54,083 nt of DNA, taken from positions 1-54,083 of IMG/VR virus record IMGVR_UViG_2534682338_000012; one strand, given 5' to 3'. Made by a program: the position numbers and the translations under genes. This DNA comes from a virus. Lineage: Duplodnaviria > Heunggongvirae > Uroviricota > Caudoviricetes. Positions 40,720 to 50,375 of the stretch are shown here, piece by piece (positions within the stretch are counted from its first letter, which is position 1; every line of letters begins with the position of its first letter). Below the pieces are notes generated by a model that made no database searches, was not told the origin of the DNA, and saw only the letters and a program-made list of their open reading frames with translations.

Positions 40720-41337
40720 ATGAAAAGTAGCCTTGAACAAGCTTTCCAAGAAGCAGCACACGCAGCAGATCGTGCAGTCAGCGGTGCGATGCTGAAGTAT
40801 TCTAATGGGTTGGTCACGGATGAAGACGACATAACAGGGGTACTGATCGGCCGGTTGGATGCTGTGTTTTCCGAAGAAATTGGTGGTGTAACATGGTCTT
40901 CATCCATTCTAAGGCACCGTAAGGGGGTAGCAGCAGAAGAAAAGAAGGTCGGTGCTGACATGCTGCTCCATGTCTCAATCTCAACACCAGAGCTCACCTA
41001 TTCAAAGGGGGTTTTGATTCAGTCAAAGAGAGTTGATGAAGGTATTGCAATGACAGCACAAGGTCACAAAGAATTGCTGGGACAGTGCGACAAAATGCTA
41101 AATATTACCCCGGCTTCGTTTGTTTTTACCTATACGAAGTCAGGGATGCGCTGCGCTTCCGCAACGAAGATTGTTGGAACAAGTAGCCGAATACTTAACG
41201 ATTCGTGCAACCTGACCTCTTATCGGTTCTTCCTGGAACTGTTCCGATGCACAATTGGAGATCGCAACATTACATCGGCCAAGTTTGATGATCTTCGGAT
41301 ACCTCAAGGCATTGCCATCAAGGGAACACTGGAGTAA
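40720..41337 (+). CDS. hypothetical protein (205 aa)
   Basis: ATG with GAGTGAGG RBS downstream of kinase; no recognisable domain. Confidence 0.5.
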   Translation: MKSSLEQAFQEAAHAADRAVSGAMLKYSNGLVTDEDDITGVLIGRLDAVFSEEIGGVTWSSSILRHRKGVAAEEKKVGADMLLHVSISTPELTYSKGVLIQSKRVDEGIAMTAQGHKELLGQCDKMLNITPASFVFTYTKSGMRCASATKIVGTSSRILNDSCNLTSYRFFLELFRCTIGDRNITSAKFDDLRIPQGIAIKGTLE

Positions 41338-41809
41338 GTGGTGTCTCTTCCTAGGCTTTGAGAGTGCATAGACACACAGCCTAAAGGCGGTATAACCCCA
41401 TTGGGTTAAATTATGTCTATTTAACCACATCATGATACGAAGATACCTTCCAAAATGTTGCCATGTACTCATCTGTTGTTGCCTGGCTGGTGACGTGTCT
41501 GGGTGTTAGCACCGTGCTCTCTCATTGTCTGAGTCTGGGCCAATCCACGCTCATAGCAGGCATTCACTTCAGTCATGGCGGAAAGGTATGCATGCTGGGT
41601 GGGGAAAGTGTGAAAGAAAAGAAGACTGCTGCGTCGTTTGTCGTCACGTTTATCTTCATTGGCTATGCAAGTCGTAATACAAGGTGGGACAAAACTGAGA
41701 CACATAAGGCCTCGCAATGGCTTGCAAGGCTTTACATGTTTTGATGTGGTGGGACGTGTGAGCGCAGTGTTGATGGGGTAATGCTTTGAATTAGAAGCGG
41801 ATTCTTATA

Positions 41810-41855
41810 ATTCGTAATGCGAAGGTCGTAGGTTCGACTCCTATTATCGGCACCA
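41810..41855. repeat. attR of prophage / attL of P4-like element (partial tRNA-Thr 3' end)
   Basis: 46-bp copy of tRNA 3' end lacking the 5' half. Confidence 0.7.
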
Positions 41856-42019
41856 TCACCTAGTTTTCCCAAGTCAACCCACATCAACAAAATCATTTAA
41901 AAACATATATATTACGTTATTTTCATACGTTTGAGGTCAACCCTTGTCTCTTGAAATCAACACGCGGTTGGGGGCACAATCAGGGGCATGTTCTGTTCGG
42001 TCTAGGAAATGTGCCCCCA

Positions 42020-43210
42020 ATGATGCTGAATGCCCGCAAGGTTGAAGCTGCGAAAGGAAAAGAGAAGAGCTACAAGCTGTTTGATGGAGGTGGCCTATAC
42101 CTTCAGGTCGAACCTAATGGCTCGCGTTACTGGCGTATGAAATACCGTTTTGCTGGTAAAGAGAAACGATTGTCCTTTGGTGTTTATCCAACAGTCACAC
42201 TTGCTGATGCCAGACAAAAACGAGAAGACGCGAAGAAACTACTCGCAGCAGGTGAAGATCCCGGCGAAGTCAAAAAAGCCAAAAAGCAGGCTTTAAATGC
42301 AGCGATTGAGACACTTAACCCATTCAGAGAAGTGGCGTTAGAGTGGCACAAAATGAAATCACCCAAATGGTCTGAGGGCTATGCTTCCGACATCATTGAG
42401 GCATTCGAGAAAGACATTTTCCCGCATATTGGGCACAGACCTATAGCTGATATTCAGCCCCTTGAACTGCTTGAAGTTCTGAGGTTGATAGAAGCTCGAG
42501 GCGCTATGGAGAAAGCGAAGAAAGTCCGTCAGCGATGCGGTGAAGTTTTTCGCTATGCCATCGTAACGGGTAGGGCAATCTACAATCCGGCACCGGATCT
42601 TGCCAGTGCGATGCAAGGACATGAAGCAGTCCACTATCCATTCCTCAAAGCCAACGAACTACCGGAGTTCTTTAATGCCCTTAATTCTTATTCAGGAAGT
42701 CCAATTGTATTGTTGGGGGCGCATTTACTTATCCTGACAGGTCTACGAACTGGAGAACTACGAGCAGGTGAGTGGCGAGAGGTGGATTTTGATAATGCGG
42801 TGTGGGAGATCCCAAAAGAACGTATGAAAATGCGTAGGAGCCATATTGTCCCGTTGTCAAAACAAGCATTATCCCATCTCAAAAGTTTGAAAGAACTAAC
42901 TGGGAACTACCCGCTGATGTTCCCTGGACGCAACGATCCTAGCAAATTTATGAGTGAAGCAAGCATTAATCAGGTGTTTAAACGTATTGGATATGCAGGG
43001 CGTGTTACGGGGCATGGTTTCAGGCATACGATGAGTACAATCCTACATGAGAAAGGATTTAACAGCGCTTGGATTGAAACCCAGCTTGCTCATTCGGACA
43101 AAAACTCTATTCGTGGAATTTATAACCATGCCCAATATCTCGAAGGGAGAAGAGAAATGATGCAATGGTATGCTAATTATTTATCTGAGCTAATTGGTAC
43201 TCATAAATGA
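42020..43210 (+). CDS. P4-type tyrosine integrase
   Basis: N-terminal LNARKVEAAKGKEKSYKLFDGGGLYLQV (DUF4102-like arm-binding domain), C-terminal HGFRHT...Y catalytic region; track start is TTG, ATG chosen. Confidence 0.85.
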   Translation: MMLNARKVEAAKGKEKSYKLFDGGGLYLQVEPNGSRYWRMKYRFAGKEKRLSFGVYPTVTLADARQKREDAKKLLAAGEDPGEVKKAKKQALNAAIETLNPFREVALEWHKMKSPKWSEGYASDIIEAFEKDIFPHIGHRPIADIQPLELLEVLRLIEARGAMEKAKKVRQRCGEVFRYAIVTGRAIYNPAPDLASAMQGHEAVHYPFLKANELPEFFNALNSYSGSPIVLLGAHLLILTGLRTGELRAGEWREVDFDNAVWEIPKERMKMRRSHIVPLSKQALSHLKSLKELTGNYPLMFPGRNDPSKFMSEASINQVFKRIGYAGRVTGHGFRHTMSTILHEKGFNSAWIETQLAHSDKNSIRGIYNHAQYLEGRREMMQWYANYLSELIGTHK

Positions 43211-44031
43211 ATATTTTAAAAATTAATAATACTGATTCTCTGCTCAGAGATTACTACCAGTTGGATGAAGCTTCAGAAAAAATTGGTTGTAGTGAAAAGG
43301 ATATACTCTGGTTTGCCAGAGAACGAGATGTAGAGCTATGCATGGAATTCCATGATGATGAGTATGATGTTTCATGTGGTTTGAAGATTGATGGTCAAAT
43401 GGATGAGTTCTTATCTAATCTGAAATATTTACCACGAGATAGAAATGGCAATATTATGTTGTCAGACTTAAGTTCTATAAGAATCCCTGATGAAGATAAT
43501 TTAATTGATAAAAATGGTTTTATTCGATGTTTCATATCCGGTTTATGGGCTGTTGATTATGAATATAAAGATCTGTTAGTTAAGCATGAGGGGCAACCGG
43601 ATTCTTGGCCTATTCATTTTCTACTGGCGGGTACGCCTAATATAAATTGTAAGGTAATTCTTTATGTAAATTATGATGAAAAAGAAAATTATTATCTTTT
43701 TGAGGTTTTGTGGATTACAAAGGTACAGATTCAAAAATTCATTGATATAGTCTTATGCGAACAAAAGCGGATAAAAAACGCCAATAAATATAAATCACAA
43801 TCTGAGGCGCAAAAACAAAAACATGCTGTTCCTCGAGCTGAAATACTCATGGCTATTATTTCGCTCTATCATCGTGATATGAGGCTAAGAAGAGAGAGTC
43901 CAGCAGCGATAGCTGATTATCTTTTTCAACATGCCAGTGAGTTCTGGCCTAAGACCGGAGAACCGCCTTTGAGCTATGATACTGTTGTTAGTTTGCTACG
44001 TAGTTGCATGAAAAACATTAAGTTTAACTAA
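43207..44031 (+). CDS. hypothetical protein (274 aa), AT-rich
   Basis: Start overlaps integrase stop (ATGA), no recognisable domain. Confidence 0.5.
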   Translation: MNILKINNTDSLLRDYYQLDEASEKIGCSEKDILWFARERDVELCMEFHDDEYDVSCGLKIDGQMDEFLSNLKYLPRDRNGNIMLSDLSSIRIPDEDNLIDKNGFIRCFISGLWAVDYEYKDLLVKHEGQPDSWPIHFLLAGTPNINCKVILYVNYDEKENYYLFEVLWITKVQIQKFIDIVLCEQKRIKNANKYKSQSEAQKQKHAVPRAEILMAIISLYHRDMRLRRESPAAIADYLFQHASEFWPKTGEPPLSYDTVVSLLRSCMKNIKFN

Positions 44032-44156
44032 ATATTAACAATTATTGTGGCTAATGATTTTGGATTTTTTTCATTAGTCACATTTTTCTCATTTATAACC
44101 TATGTTTTAATTTTCCGTGTTGAAGCCAATAGACTTAGATAAACGGAGAATGATGA

Positions 44157-44447
44157 ATGTTATCTAAACATGATAATACTACTTTGCAACGACCTTCAAT
44201 GGATTCTCTGATCGATATGAAGTTTATTACTTCCGATTGTTTATTAAGTGATAAATGGATTTATCGATTGATTTCTCTGAATCGCTTTCCAAAACCTATA
44301 AAAATAGGTCGGATGTCACGATGGCGCGCTGCTGATTATTATAAGTGGCGAGATGGGTTTGAAGAAAACTCAGGTCAACATTTTGAGGGAATGAGAAATA
44401 AGGCAAGAGCAATTAATAAAGGGAATAGATTATCACCTACTCCCTAA
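44157..44447 (+). CDS. AlpA-family phage regulatory protein
   Basis: C-terminal region resembles AlpA HTH (RLISLNRFPKPIKIGRMSRWRAADYYKW); true start may be internal (~44217). Confidence 0.55.
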   Translation: MLSKHDNTTLQRPSMDSLIDMKFITSDCLLSDKWIYRLISLNRFPKPIKIGRMSRWRAADYYKWRDGFEENSGQHFEGMRNKARAINKGNRLSPTP

Positions 44448-44479
44448 GCCTTAATTGATAGTTAGTAATATTTAACTGA

Positions 44480-44653
44480 TTAGCCTTTAGGGTCAATCCC
44501 GCGTGATTGGAGTTCTTTGCGTAAAATTCTTTTAATCCAAGTTGCCAACGCGCTATCTCCATCTTTGCGCATTTCGTTTTCGAGTTGCAACCTAAAATCG
44601 TCGGTAAGACGCATTTGGAATGGTGGAGAACGTTTCTCTTGTGGTGTTGACAT
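44480..44653 (-). CDS. small ribbon-helix-helix-like protein (57 aa), not in ORF track
   Basis: Minus-strand ORF MSTPQEKRSPPFQMRLTDDFRLQLENEMRKDGDSALATWIKRILRKELQ...; beta-strand/helix/helix pattern; two copies of CATGGTAATTACC palindrome at and upstream of start. Confidence 0.4.
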   Translation of the reverse strand: MSTPQEKRSPPFQMRLTDDFRLQLENEMRKDGDSALATWIKRILRKELQSRGIDPKG

Positions 44654-44784
44654 GGTAATTACCCTAGAATATGATGACTACATGGTAATTACCATTGTAA
44701 GTATAGTTCGCTTGTAAAAGCAATGCCCGATTGTGCGGGAACACAAATCGGGCATTTAACCAACCGTTATAAGAGGTAACGAAG

Positions 44785-44961
44785 ATGGCTAAACAGAAGT
44801 GTACCTGGTTATTTGCGGCGATCAACCGCAGTCAACGCAATGCCCGTCCTGTGATGTTAAGGATCACCGCAGATAACGAGCGGTCAGCGCGGCGCAGACT
44901 TGCCCCGGACTATGTACTGAGCTTTGCCGGGCGCATTCCCTGCGGAGGTGAACATGCGTAA
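44785..44961 (+). CDS. small protein (58 aa), possibly Icd-like
   Basis: AAGAGG RBS; MAKQKCTWLFAAINRSQRNARPVMLRITADNERSARRRL...; translationally coupled to next gene; family assignment from memory, low certainty. Confidence 0.35.
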   Translation: MAKQKCTWLFAAINRSQRNARPVMLRITADNERSARRRLAPDYVLSFAGRIPCGGEHA

Positions 44962-45313
44962 TTATCCGCACCCCGGCGAACGCTGGCAGCATGAACGTGG
45001 CTGGACGGTCACGATTATCCGATTAATAGAAGCCTCGCCCTCTGTGGCGCTGGTTAATCCTGAATTCAGCTGTGAAGTGCTGATACGTCATGACAGCGAC
45101 AACCAGCTTTCTTCCTGCCCTCTGGCATGGTTTGAACAGCGGTATACGCGCCTGTTTGATGTACCGCTCTTTAAGCCTGCACCAGCTCCTGCAGGCGGTA
45201 GTGGTTCCGGCCCGCTGACACTGCATCCGTCTGTGCTATTTATCCGCTGGCGGGAGCGTAGCATATGGCGTTCTGCTGAGCCTGACGACGGTCACTATTC
45301 AAAGTTTCTCTGA
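44954..45313 (+). CDS. hypothetical protein
   Basis: Start MRNYPHPGERW after GGAGGTG, overlapping upstream stop. Confidence 0.5.
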   Translation: MRNYPHPGERWQHERGWTVTIIRLIEASPSVALVNPEFSCEVLIRHDSDNQLSSCPLAWFEQRYTRLFDVPLFKPAPAPAGGSGSGPLTLHPSVLFIRWRERSIWRSAEPDDGHYSKFL

Positions 45314-45344
45314 CAAAATACCGCTGAAAACGGAGTAATCCACG

Positions 45345-45629
45345 ATGAATATTTCAAACGGGCACAACGGTGCTCAGGGCCACACTTTGCCTGAAAAACA
45401 CAATACCGGTGCTTTTGCCTATGGGTTGTCAGAGGACAGTTTCGGAAAGCTGACCCGCGCAAGAAATGCCTGCGACATGCTCCAGCTTCTCTTTTCTGAA
45501 TACCCGTCTCAGGCCGGAGCACTGGACGCTGGCTGTGCGCATGGTGTCGCCGCGCTGATGGAGTACCTGCTGGCAGATTTGACGGATATTGCACACAGTT
45601 GCGCACTGATTGAAGGAGGTGCCAGATGA
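45345..45629 (+). CDS. hypothetical protein
   Basis: 94-aa ORF in operon upstream of primase. Confidence 0.45.
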   Translation: MNISNGHNGAQGHTLPEKHNTGAFAYGLSEDSFGKLTRARNACDMLQLLFSEYPSQAGALDAGCAHGVAALMEYLLADLTDIAHSCALIEGGAR

Positions 45630-46009
45630 ACCAGCCGCAGGTTTCCATTTTCCCGGCAGAAATGACCACCGCGCTTTACCGGCGGGCTATTGCTTCAGCA
45701 TGGCGGCAGAAAATGCTGAACGAAACTGGCAGTGATCAGTATGGTCCGCACAGCCTGACGGTGGAGCGTATTGAAATGGCCATTGCGCTGCATATCGAGT
45801 GCGTACTGATTAACGAGTACGGCGAAGTGCAGGGCGCCGCTACCGCGCTGGCACTGCTGACTGACATGCTGGAGCCGTCACTGCTGACCGCGCCGCCGGT
45901 ACTGACCGCGCGCGGCTGTGAAGTGATGGCGGAGATGTACCGCACGCTTCCGGCGGCCTTTGATGACTTCTGCAGTACCGGTGTGACGTTGTATGAGGGG
46001 GAAGTATGA
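45626..46009 (+). CDS. hypothetical protein
   Basis: 127-aa ORF, stop-start overlap with neighbours. Confidence 0.45.
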   Translation: MNQPQVSIFPAEMTTALYRRAIASAWRQKMLNETGSDQYGPHSLTVERIEMAIALHIECVLINEYGEVQGAATALALLTDMLEPSLLTAPPVLTARGCEVMAEMYRTLPAAFDDFCSTGVTLYEGEV

Positions 46010-48678
46010 CAATACGGACGGTTACGCAGATTTCAGCCGCCGCACGGGGGAAATGGCCCGTTATTCTGCAGATGCTGCGTATTGATGTACCTGAAAACGG
46101 CAGGCACGGTCCCTGCCCGAAATGTGGGGGCAAGGATCGTTTTCGCCTTGATGACCTTGACGGGCGCGGGACGTGGATCTGCAGCCAGTGTGGCAATGGT
46201 GACGGTCTGGATCTGGTTAAGCTCGTAACCGGTTACAGCGTCAGAAAGGCTGCGCAGGAGGTGGCGCAGGTGCTTAATGTGCCGGATGTGCAGGAACTGC
46301 CTGTTAAGCCTGCCAGACAAAAAGCCCCTAAACGAGACATGGGTCTTACCGTGGCGGCGCTGATGAAAGAGAGCCACACGGGAGAAAGCGCCTATCTGAC
46401 AGGAAAAGGGTTCGCCGGATACCCGGCCTCTCTGACCGGAAGCGTGCAGCATATCAGCGGTAAGGATTTTCCTGCCGGTTCCCTGCTGTTACCACTCACG
46501 ACCAACACCGGAGCCGTGACCGGTGCACAGCTTATCGCCCCGACGGGTGAAAAAAGCATACTGCCCGGCAGCACGATGAAAGGCGCGTTTGTGTCGCTCA
46601 GCCCGTTACCGTCTGAACCACCGGTACAGGTGGTGATTACCGAAGGTTACGCTACGGCGCTGACGGTAAGCCAGCTCACTGCCGGATGCGTAGTGGCTGC
46701 CATATCTGCGGGCAACCTGCCCAATGTGGCGCAGTCGCTGCGGGCACGCTGGCCTGAGGTAAAAATTATCATCGCCGGTGATAACGATTTTCAGGACGGG
46801 GGTGAGAATCCCGGCAGAGCCTTTGCTGAACGGGCGGCAAAAGCTGTTGGCGGCTGGATGACGCTGCCACCAGGAGAGATTAAGGCTGACTGGAATGACT
46901 TTCATCGGGAGCACGGTATTACCCGTGCCCGTGAAGCCTTTCGCAACGGTCTGGTACTGTGCGGGGAAGGCCGCACGCAACTGCCGCACGGGTTCCGTCT
47001 TACCCAGGAATATCTCTGGTATGAAAAGCAGGTACAGCGCAACGGTGAGACGGAGATCCAGAACGTCAAAATATGCAGCCCGCTGCGCGTGACGGCAATT
47101 ACCTGCGATGCCGATGGCGGTAACTTCGGACGACTGCTGGAATGGGAAGATACGTGGGGTGAGTGTCGCCGCTGGGCGATGCCAATGGAAATGCTGAGCG
47201 GCAGTGGTGAGGAACTGCGCCGGGTTCTGCTGGTTAACGGGCTGTCTTATATCAGCACCACCGGTGAGGCACGCGCACGCCTGATGGAATATATCTCACT
47301 GTGTAAACCGGAACGCCGCGTGACCTGCGTCAGTCGTACTGGCTGGCATGGTCAGGTTTACGTCCTGCAGGATGAGGTCAGCGGTGAAGGTGCAGAGGGT
47401 GTCATTCTCCAGACCACTTCCGTGCAGGGGCGTGATTTCCGCGTGTCGGGCACAACAGAGGAATGGCGGGAGCATGTATCCCGCTACTGTACCGGCAACT
47501 CCCGCGTGGCATTTGCTGTCAGCCTGGCCTTTGCTGCACCACTGTTACGGCTGGTTGGTATGGACGGCGGCGGCTACCACCTCAAAGGGGAATCGACAGA
47601 CGGTAAGACCACCACCATGAAAGCGGCAACCTCCGTCTGCGGCGGGCCTGACTACTGGCAGACATGGCGGGCCACCGGCAACGCGCTGGAGGGATGCGCC
47701 AGCCGCCGTAACGATGCCGCCATGATGCTTGATGAGATCCGGGAAGTTGACGGACGCGAGGCAGGCAATATCGCCTACATGCTGGCAAACGGTCAGGGCA
47801 AGGGCCGTGCCGGTACGGACGGTGAGCTGCGTACCCGTAAGCAGTGGCGCCTGTTGTTCTTTTCAACTGGCGAGTTGTCTCTGACCGAACATGCGGCAAA
47901 GGCCGGTGAGCGTACTTTTGCCGGGATGGAAGTCAGGATGATCCAGATCCCCAGCGATTCCGGGAAGTTTGGCGTTTTTGAGGAGCTGCACGGCTTCGAC
48001 AGCGGCAAGGCTCTGGCAGAGCATCTTGAATGGGCCACGTCCTGCTACTACGGTTCGCCGTTCCGGGAGTGGCTGAAAGCACTGACCGCTGATCTTAACG
48101 GACTAACGGCACAGGCAAAATCGCTGATGAAGGAATATGCTGCCGCCCTGACTCCGAAAGATGCAGGCAATCAGGTGGGCCGGGCTGTGAACCGCTTTGC
48201 ACTGGTGGCGATGGCAGGTGAACTGGCAACCCGTCTGGGTATCACCGGCTGGCCTGAGGGTGAAGCACTGCGGGCAACCCGCGTCTGCCTGAACGCATGG
48301 CTGAAAGATCGCGGGCACACCGCCAATCAGGAAGATATCGCCGCACTGGAGCAGGTTCGCAGTTTCTTTACCGCGAATCAGTACAGCCGCTTTGCAGACT
48401 GGTATGACGAGCGCAACCGCCCCGGCAATATGGTGGGCTGGCGCAGGGTGGAGAAAGGCAGTACCGCGCAGGGCACGGAAGCTGTCACTACGTTCTATGT
48501 CATGCCGTCCGGCTGGAAAGAAATCTGCAGGGGATTTGACCCGCGCAAGGTGGCGCGTCTGTGCGCAGATCGTGGATACCTGCTGCCCTCCACTGATGGC
48601 AAACTCCAGACAACCATTCGCCCGCCAGAGATGAATCCCCGCAGGCTCTATGTCTTCAACAGCGAGGTGCCGGGTTAA
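46006..48678 (+). CDS. P4 alpha-like primase-helicase
   Basis: 890 aa; N-terminal zinc-binding CPKCGG...CSQCGNGDG, TOPRIM-like acidic region, central P-loop (GESTDGKT) helicase region. Confidence 0.85.
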   Translation: MTIRTVTQISAAARGKWPVILQMLRIDVPENGRHGPCPKCGGKDRFRLDDLDGRGTWICSQCGNGDGLDLVKLVTGYSVRKAAQEVAQVLNVPDVQELPVKPARQKAPKRDMGLTVAALMKESHTGESAYLTGKGFAGYPASLTGSVQHISGKDFPAGSLLLPLTTNTGAVTGAQLIAPTGEKSILPGSTMKGAFVSLSPLPSEPPVQVVITEGYATALTVSQLTAGCVVAAISAGNLPNVAQSLRARWPEVKIIIAGDNDFQDGGENPGRAFAERAAKAVGGWMTLPPGEIKADWNDFHREHGITRAREAFRNGLVLCGEGRTQLPHGFRLTQEYLWYEKQVQRNGETEIQNVKICSPLRVTAITCDADGGNFGRLLEWEDTWGECRRWAMPMEMLSGSGEELRRVLLVNGLSYISTTGEARARLMEYISLCKPERRVTCVSRTGWHGQVYVLQDEVSGEGAEGVILQTTSVQGRDFRVSGTTEEWREHVSRYCTGNSRVAFAVSLAFAAPLLRLVGMDGGGYHLKGESTDGKTTTMKAATSVCGGPDYWQTWRATGNALEGCASRRNDAAMMLDEIREVDGREAGNIAYMLANGQGKGRAGTDGELRTRKQWRLLFFSTGELSLTEHAAKAGERTFAGMEVRMIQIPSDSGKFGVFEELHGFDSGKALAEHLEWATSCYYGSPFREWLKALTADLNGLTAQAKSLMKEYAAALTPKDAGNQVGRAVNRFALVAMAGELATRLGITGWPEGEALRATRVCLNAWLKDRGHTANQEDIAALEQVRSFFTANQYSRFADWYDERNRPGNMVGWRRVEKGSTAQGTEAVTTFYVMPSGWKEICRGFDPRKVARLCADRGYLLPSTDGKLQTTIRPPEMNPRRLYVFNSEVPG

Positions 48679-48699
48679 GGCTTTGCGTGAGTCTTATTT

Positions 48700-48900
48700 A
48701 TTAAGGGTAACAGGTGAAACAGGTGGAACAACCGTATTTTACAGGGCTGAATCTGTTCCACCTTCTGAAATAGTGAGGTGGAACAGATGTAACGCCAGCC
48801 AATCCGCTGTTCCACCTTGTTACCCGCGATGTTCCACCGGTGCAGTGTATATAAATGCTTTATAAAACAAATGGGTAACACATGTTTCACCTGTTACACC
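48700..48900. repeat. ori/crr-like iteron cluster
   Basis: At least five copies of GGTGGAACA/TGTTCCACC in both orientations plus inverted GTAACAGGTGAAAC...GTTTCACCTGTTAC. Confidence 0.5.
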
Positions 48901-49078
48901 GCATCAGGGACATAAAGCAGACTGAAACAGAGGGCATTTTTATCTGGCTGGCTTTCATAGCCACGTCTGAATAACCGCAAGCGCCCGTTGTACCAGCCAC
49001 CACACACTGAGCACCGATAGTGTGCTTGTGTCAGCCACGACACAATTGACGTAACGAACCAACCCGACAGGAGAAGTC

Positions 49079-49822
49079 ATGAACAACACCGCAGTGAATA
49101 ACAACCTTTCCACTTTTCCGGCTGTAACGCAGCGGGCACTGGAAACCATGAACACAGCCAGAAACGCATGGCTTGAAGCACGTCGTCAGCAGAAAGCGGC
49201 AGCGGATAATATTGCGACAATCCGCCAGCGTCGCGCTGAAATGGAAGCCACGACGAACACACTGAATGAGGAGTGGCGCACGCTGTTTCGTGAAAGTCAG
49301 GGCGTGGTCTCAAAGGAAATGAAAAAACTGCGCACGGAAATTGCGCTGGGACGAGAAACTCTTGAGGATTTTGATGAGCTGCTGGAGGCTCAGGAAAGCG
49401 AAAATGCACTTTTGCCGCAGAAAGCTGCGGAATTAGCCGGAAAGTATATCCACGCGCATAACATCCTTGTGGATATTCGCGCAAAACAAATCTGGGAAGA
49501 TTTTATGCAGTCGCATGGAAAAGCGCTTATTCAGACGCTGAGCCTGCTTAAATCCACAATGGGCCGGGAAGCCAGTGCCGTTGTGGGTGTGGTGAATTCA
49601 GTTAATGACCCGGACACAGTGCTGAAAGACTTTATTCATAAACATATCACCAGACCGGCTCTGGCTAACGATGCGATGCCTGAGCAGGACCCGGTGTTTA
49701 AACTGGCGGGAGTTGCCCCGGATTATGCGGCGCGTCTGGATTTCAGTAATCAACTCTCTCCGGCAGCTATGCATAAAATTAAGGTTCGTCAGGAACTTGC
49801 TGAGAAGGAGAAAGCAGTATGA
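49079..49822 (+). CDS. possible Sid-like capsid size determination protein
   Basis: 247 aa, alpha-helical/coiled-coil character, immediately upstream of Psu; size close to P4 Sid. Confidence 0.35.
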   Translation: MNNTAVNNNLSTFPAVTQRALETMNTARNAWLEARRQQKAAADNIATIRQRRAEMEATTNTLNEEWRTLFRESQGVVSKEMKKLRTEIALGRETLEDFDELLEAQESENALLPQKAAELAGKYIHAHNILVDIRAKQIWEDFMQSHGKALIQTLSLLKSTMGREASAVVGVVNSVNDPDTVLKDFIHKHITRPALANDAMPEQDPVFKLAGVAPDYAARLDFSNQLSPAAMHKIKVRQELAEKEKAV

Positions 49823-50370
49823 CGGCCCGAGGCACGCCTGACCAGGCACTTACCAGTTTTCGGAATGCCCGTATTCTGTGGGCCGGACATAATGAGAGCC
49901 GAAAAGCCGTTGAACAACAGATAACATCTCTCCTCGCTGCCACAGAAAAACCAGCAGATTATGCCCGACAGCTCGAATTACTGCGGGAACGTCTGGATGT
50001 GCTGAAATGGCAAATTAACTGTGCTGCGCGCGAATGCATTTACTCGCAGCATTTACTGATGGAGGCCTGCACAGAAGCCGCTCTCAGCAATTTTATGCAG
50101 GCGAATGGGGCAGCCCTGACATCTGCACTGGCTCCGTTCCTGAAGGGGCGCGGAGGGGTTGACGTTGCGTCCCGTATATTACGCAGTGCTCTGGTTCGCC
50201 AGCTGGCAATAACACCGCCTGAAATTGCCGGGGATTATCGTGAGATCCTGGATGAATCCGGTTTGATGCCTGACCCCGGGATGATTCGTGATTGCCAGGG
50301 GTCTTACACCCCGGCACAACATCTGCGTTTTCAGCAACGCCTGAATGACATTAACGATATACAGGAGTGA
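49819..50370 (+). CDS. psu: polarity suppression protein Psu
   Basis: 183 aa; blocks recalled from P4 Psu (LKWQINCAAR, FMQANGAALTSALAPFL, YTPAQHLRF). Confidence 0.65.
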   Translation: MTARGTPDQALTSFRNARILWAGHNESRKAVEQQITSLLAATEKPADYARQLELLRERLDVLKWQINCAARECIYSQHLLMEACTEAALSNFMQANGAALTSALAPFLKGRGGVDVASRILRSALVRQLAITPPEIAGDYREILDESGLMPDPGMIRDCQGSYTPAQHLRFQQRLNDINDIQE

Positions 50371-50375
50371 TATTA

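Noticed and set aside
41140-41744. Three small ORFs (82-110 aa) between the 205-aa gene and attR
   Set aside because: Mutually overlapping on both strands with no RBS or recognisable motif; left uncalled
41810-41855. Second tRNA-Thr gene
   Set aside because: Only the 3' 46 nt are present; it is an att repeat rather than a functional tRNA
44517-44717. 66-aa plus-strand ORF
   Set aside because: Antisense to the better-supported RHH-like ORF and spans its operator palindromes
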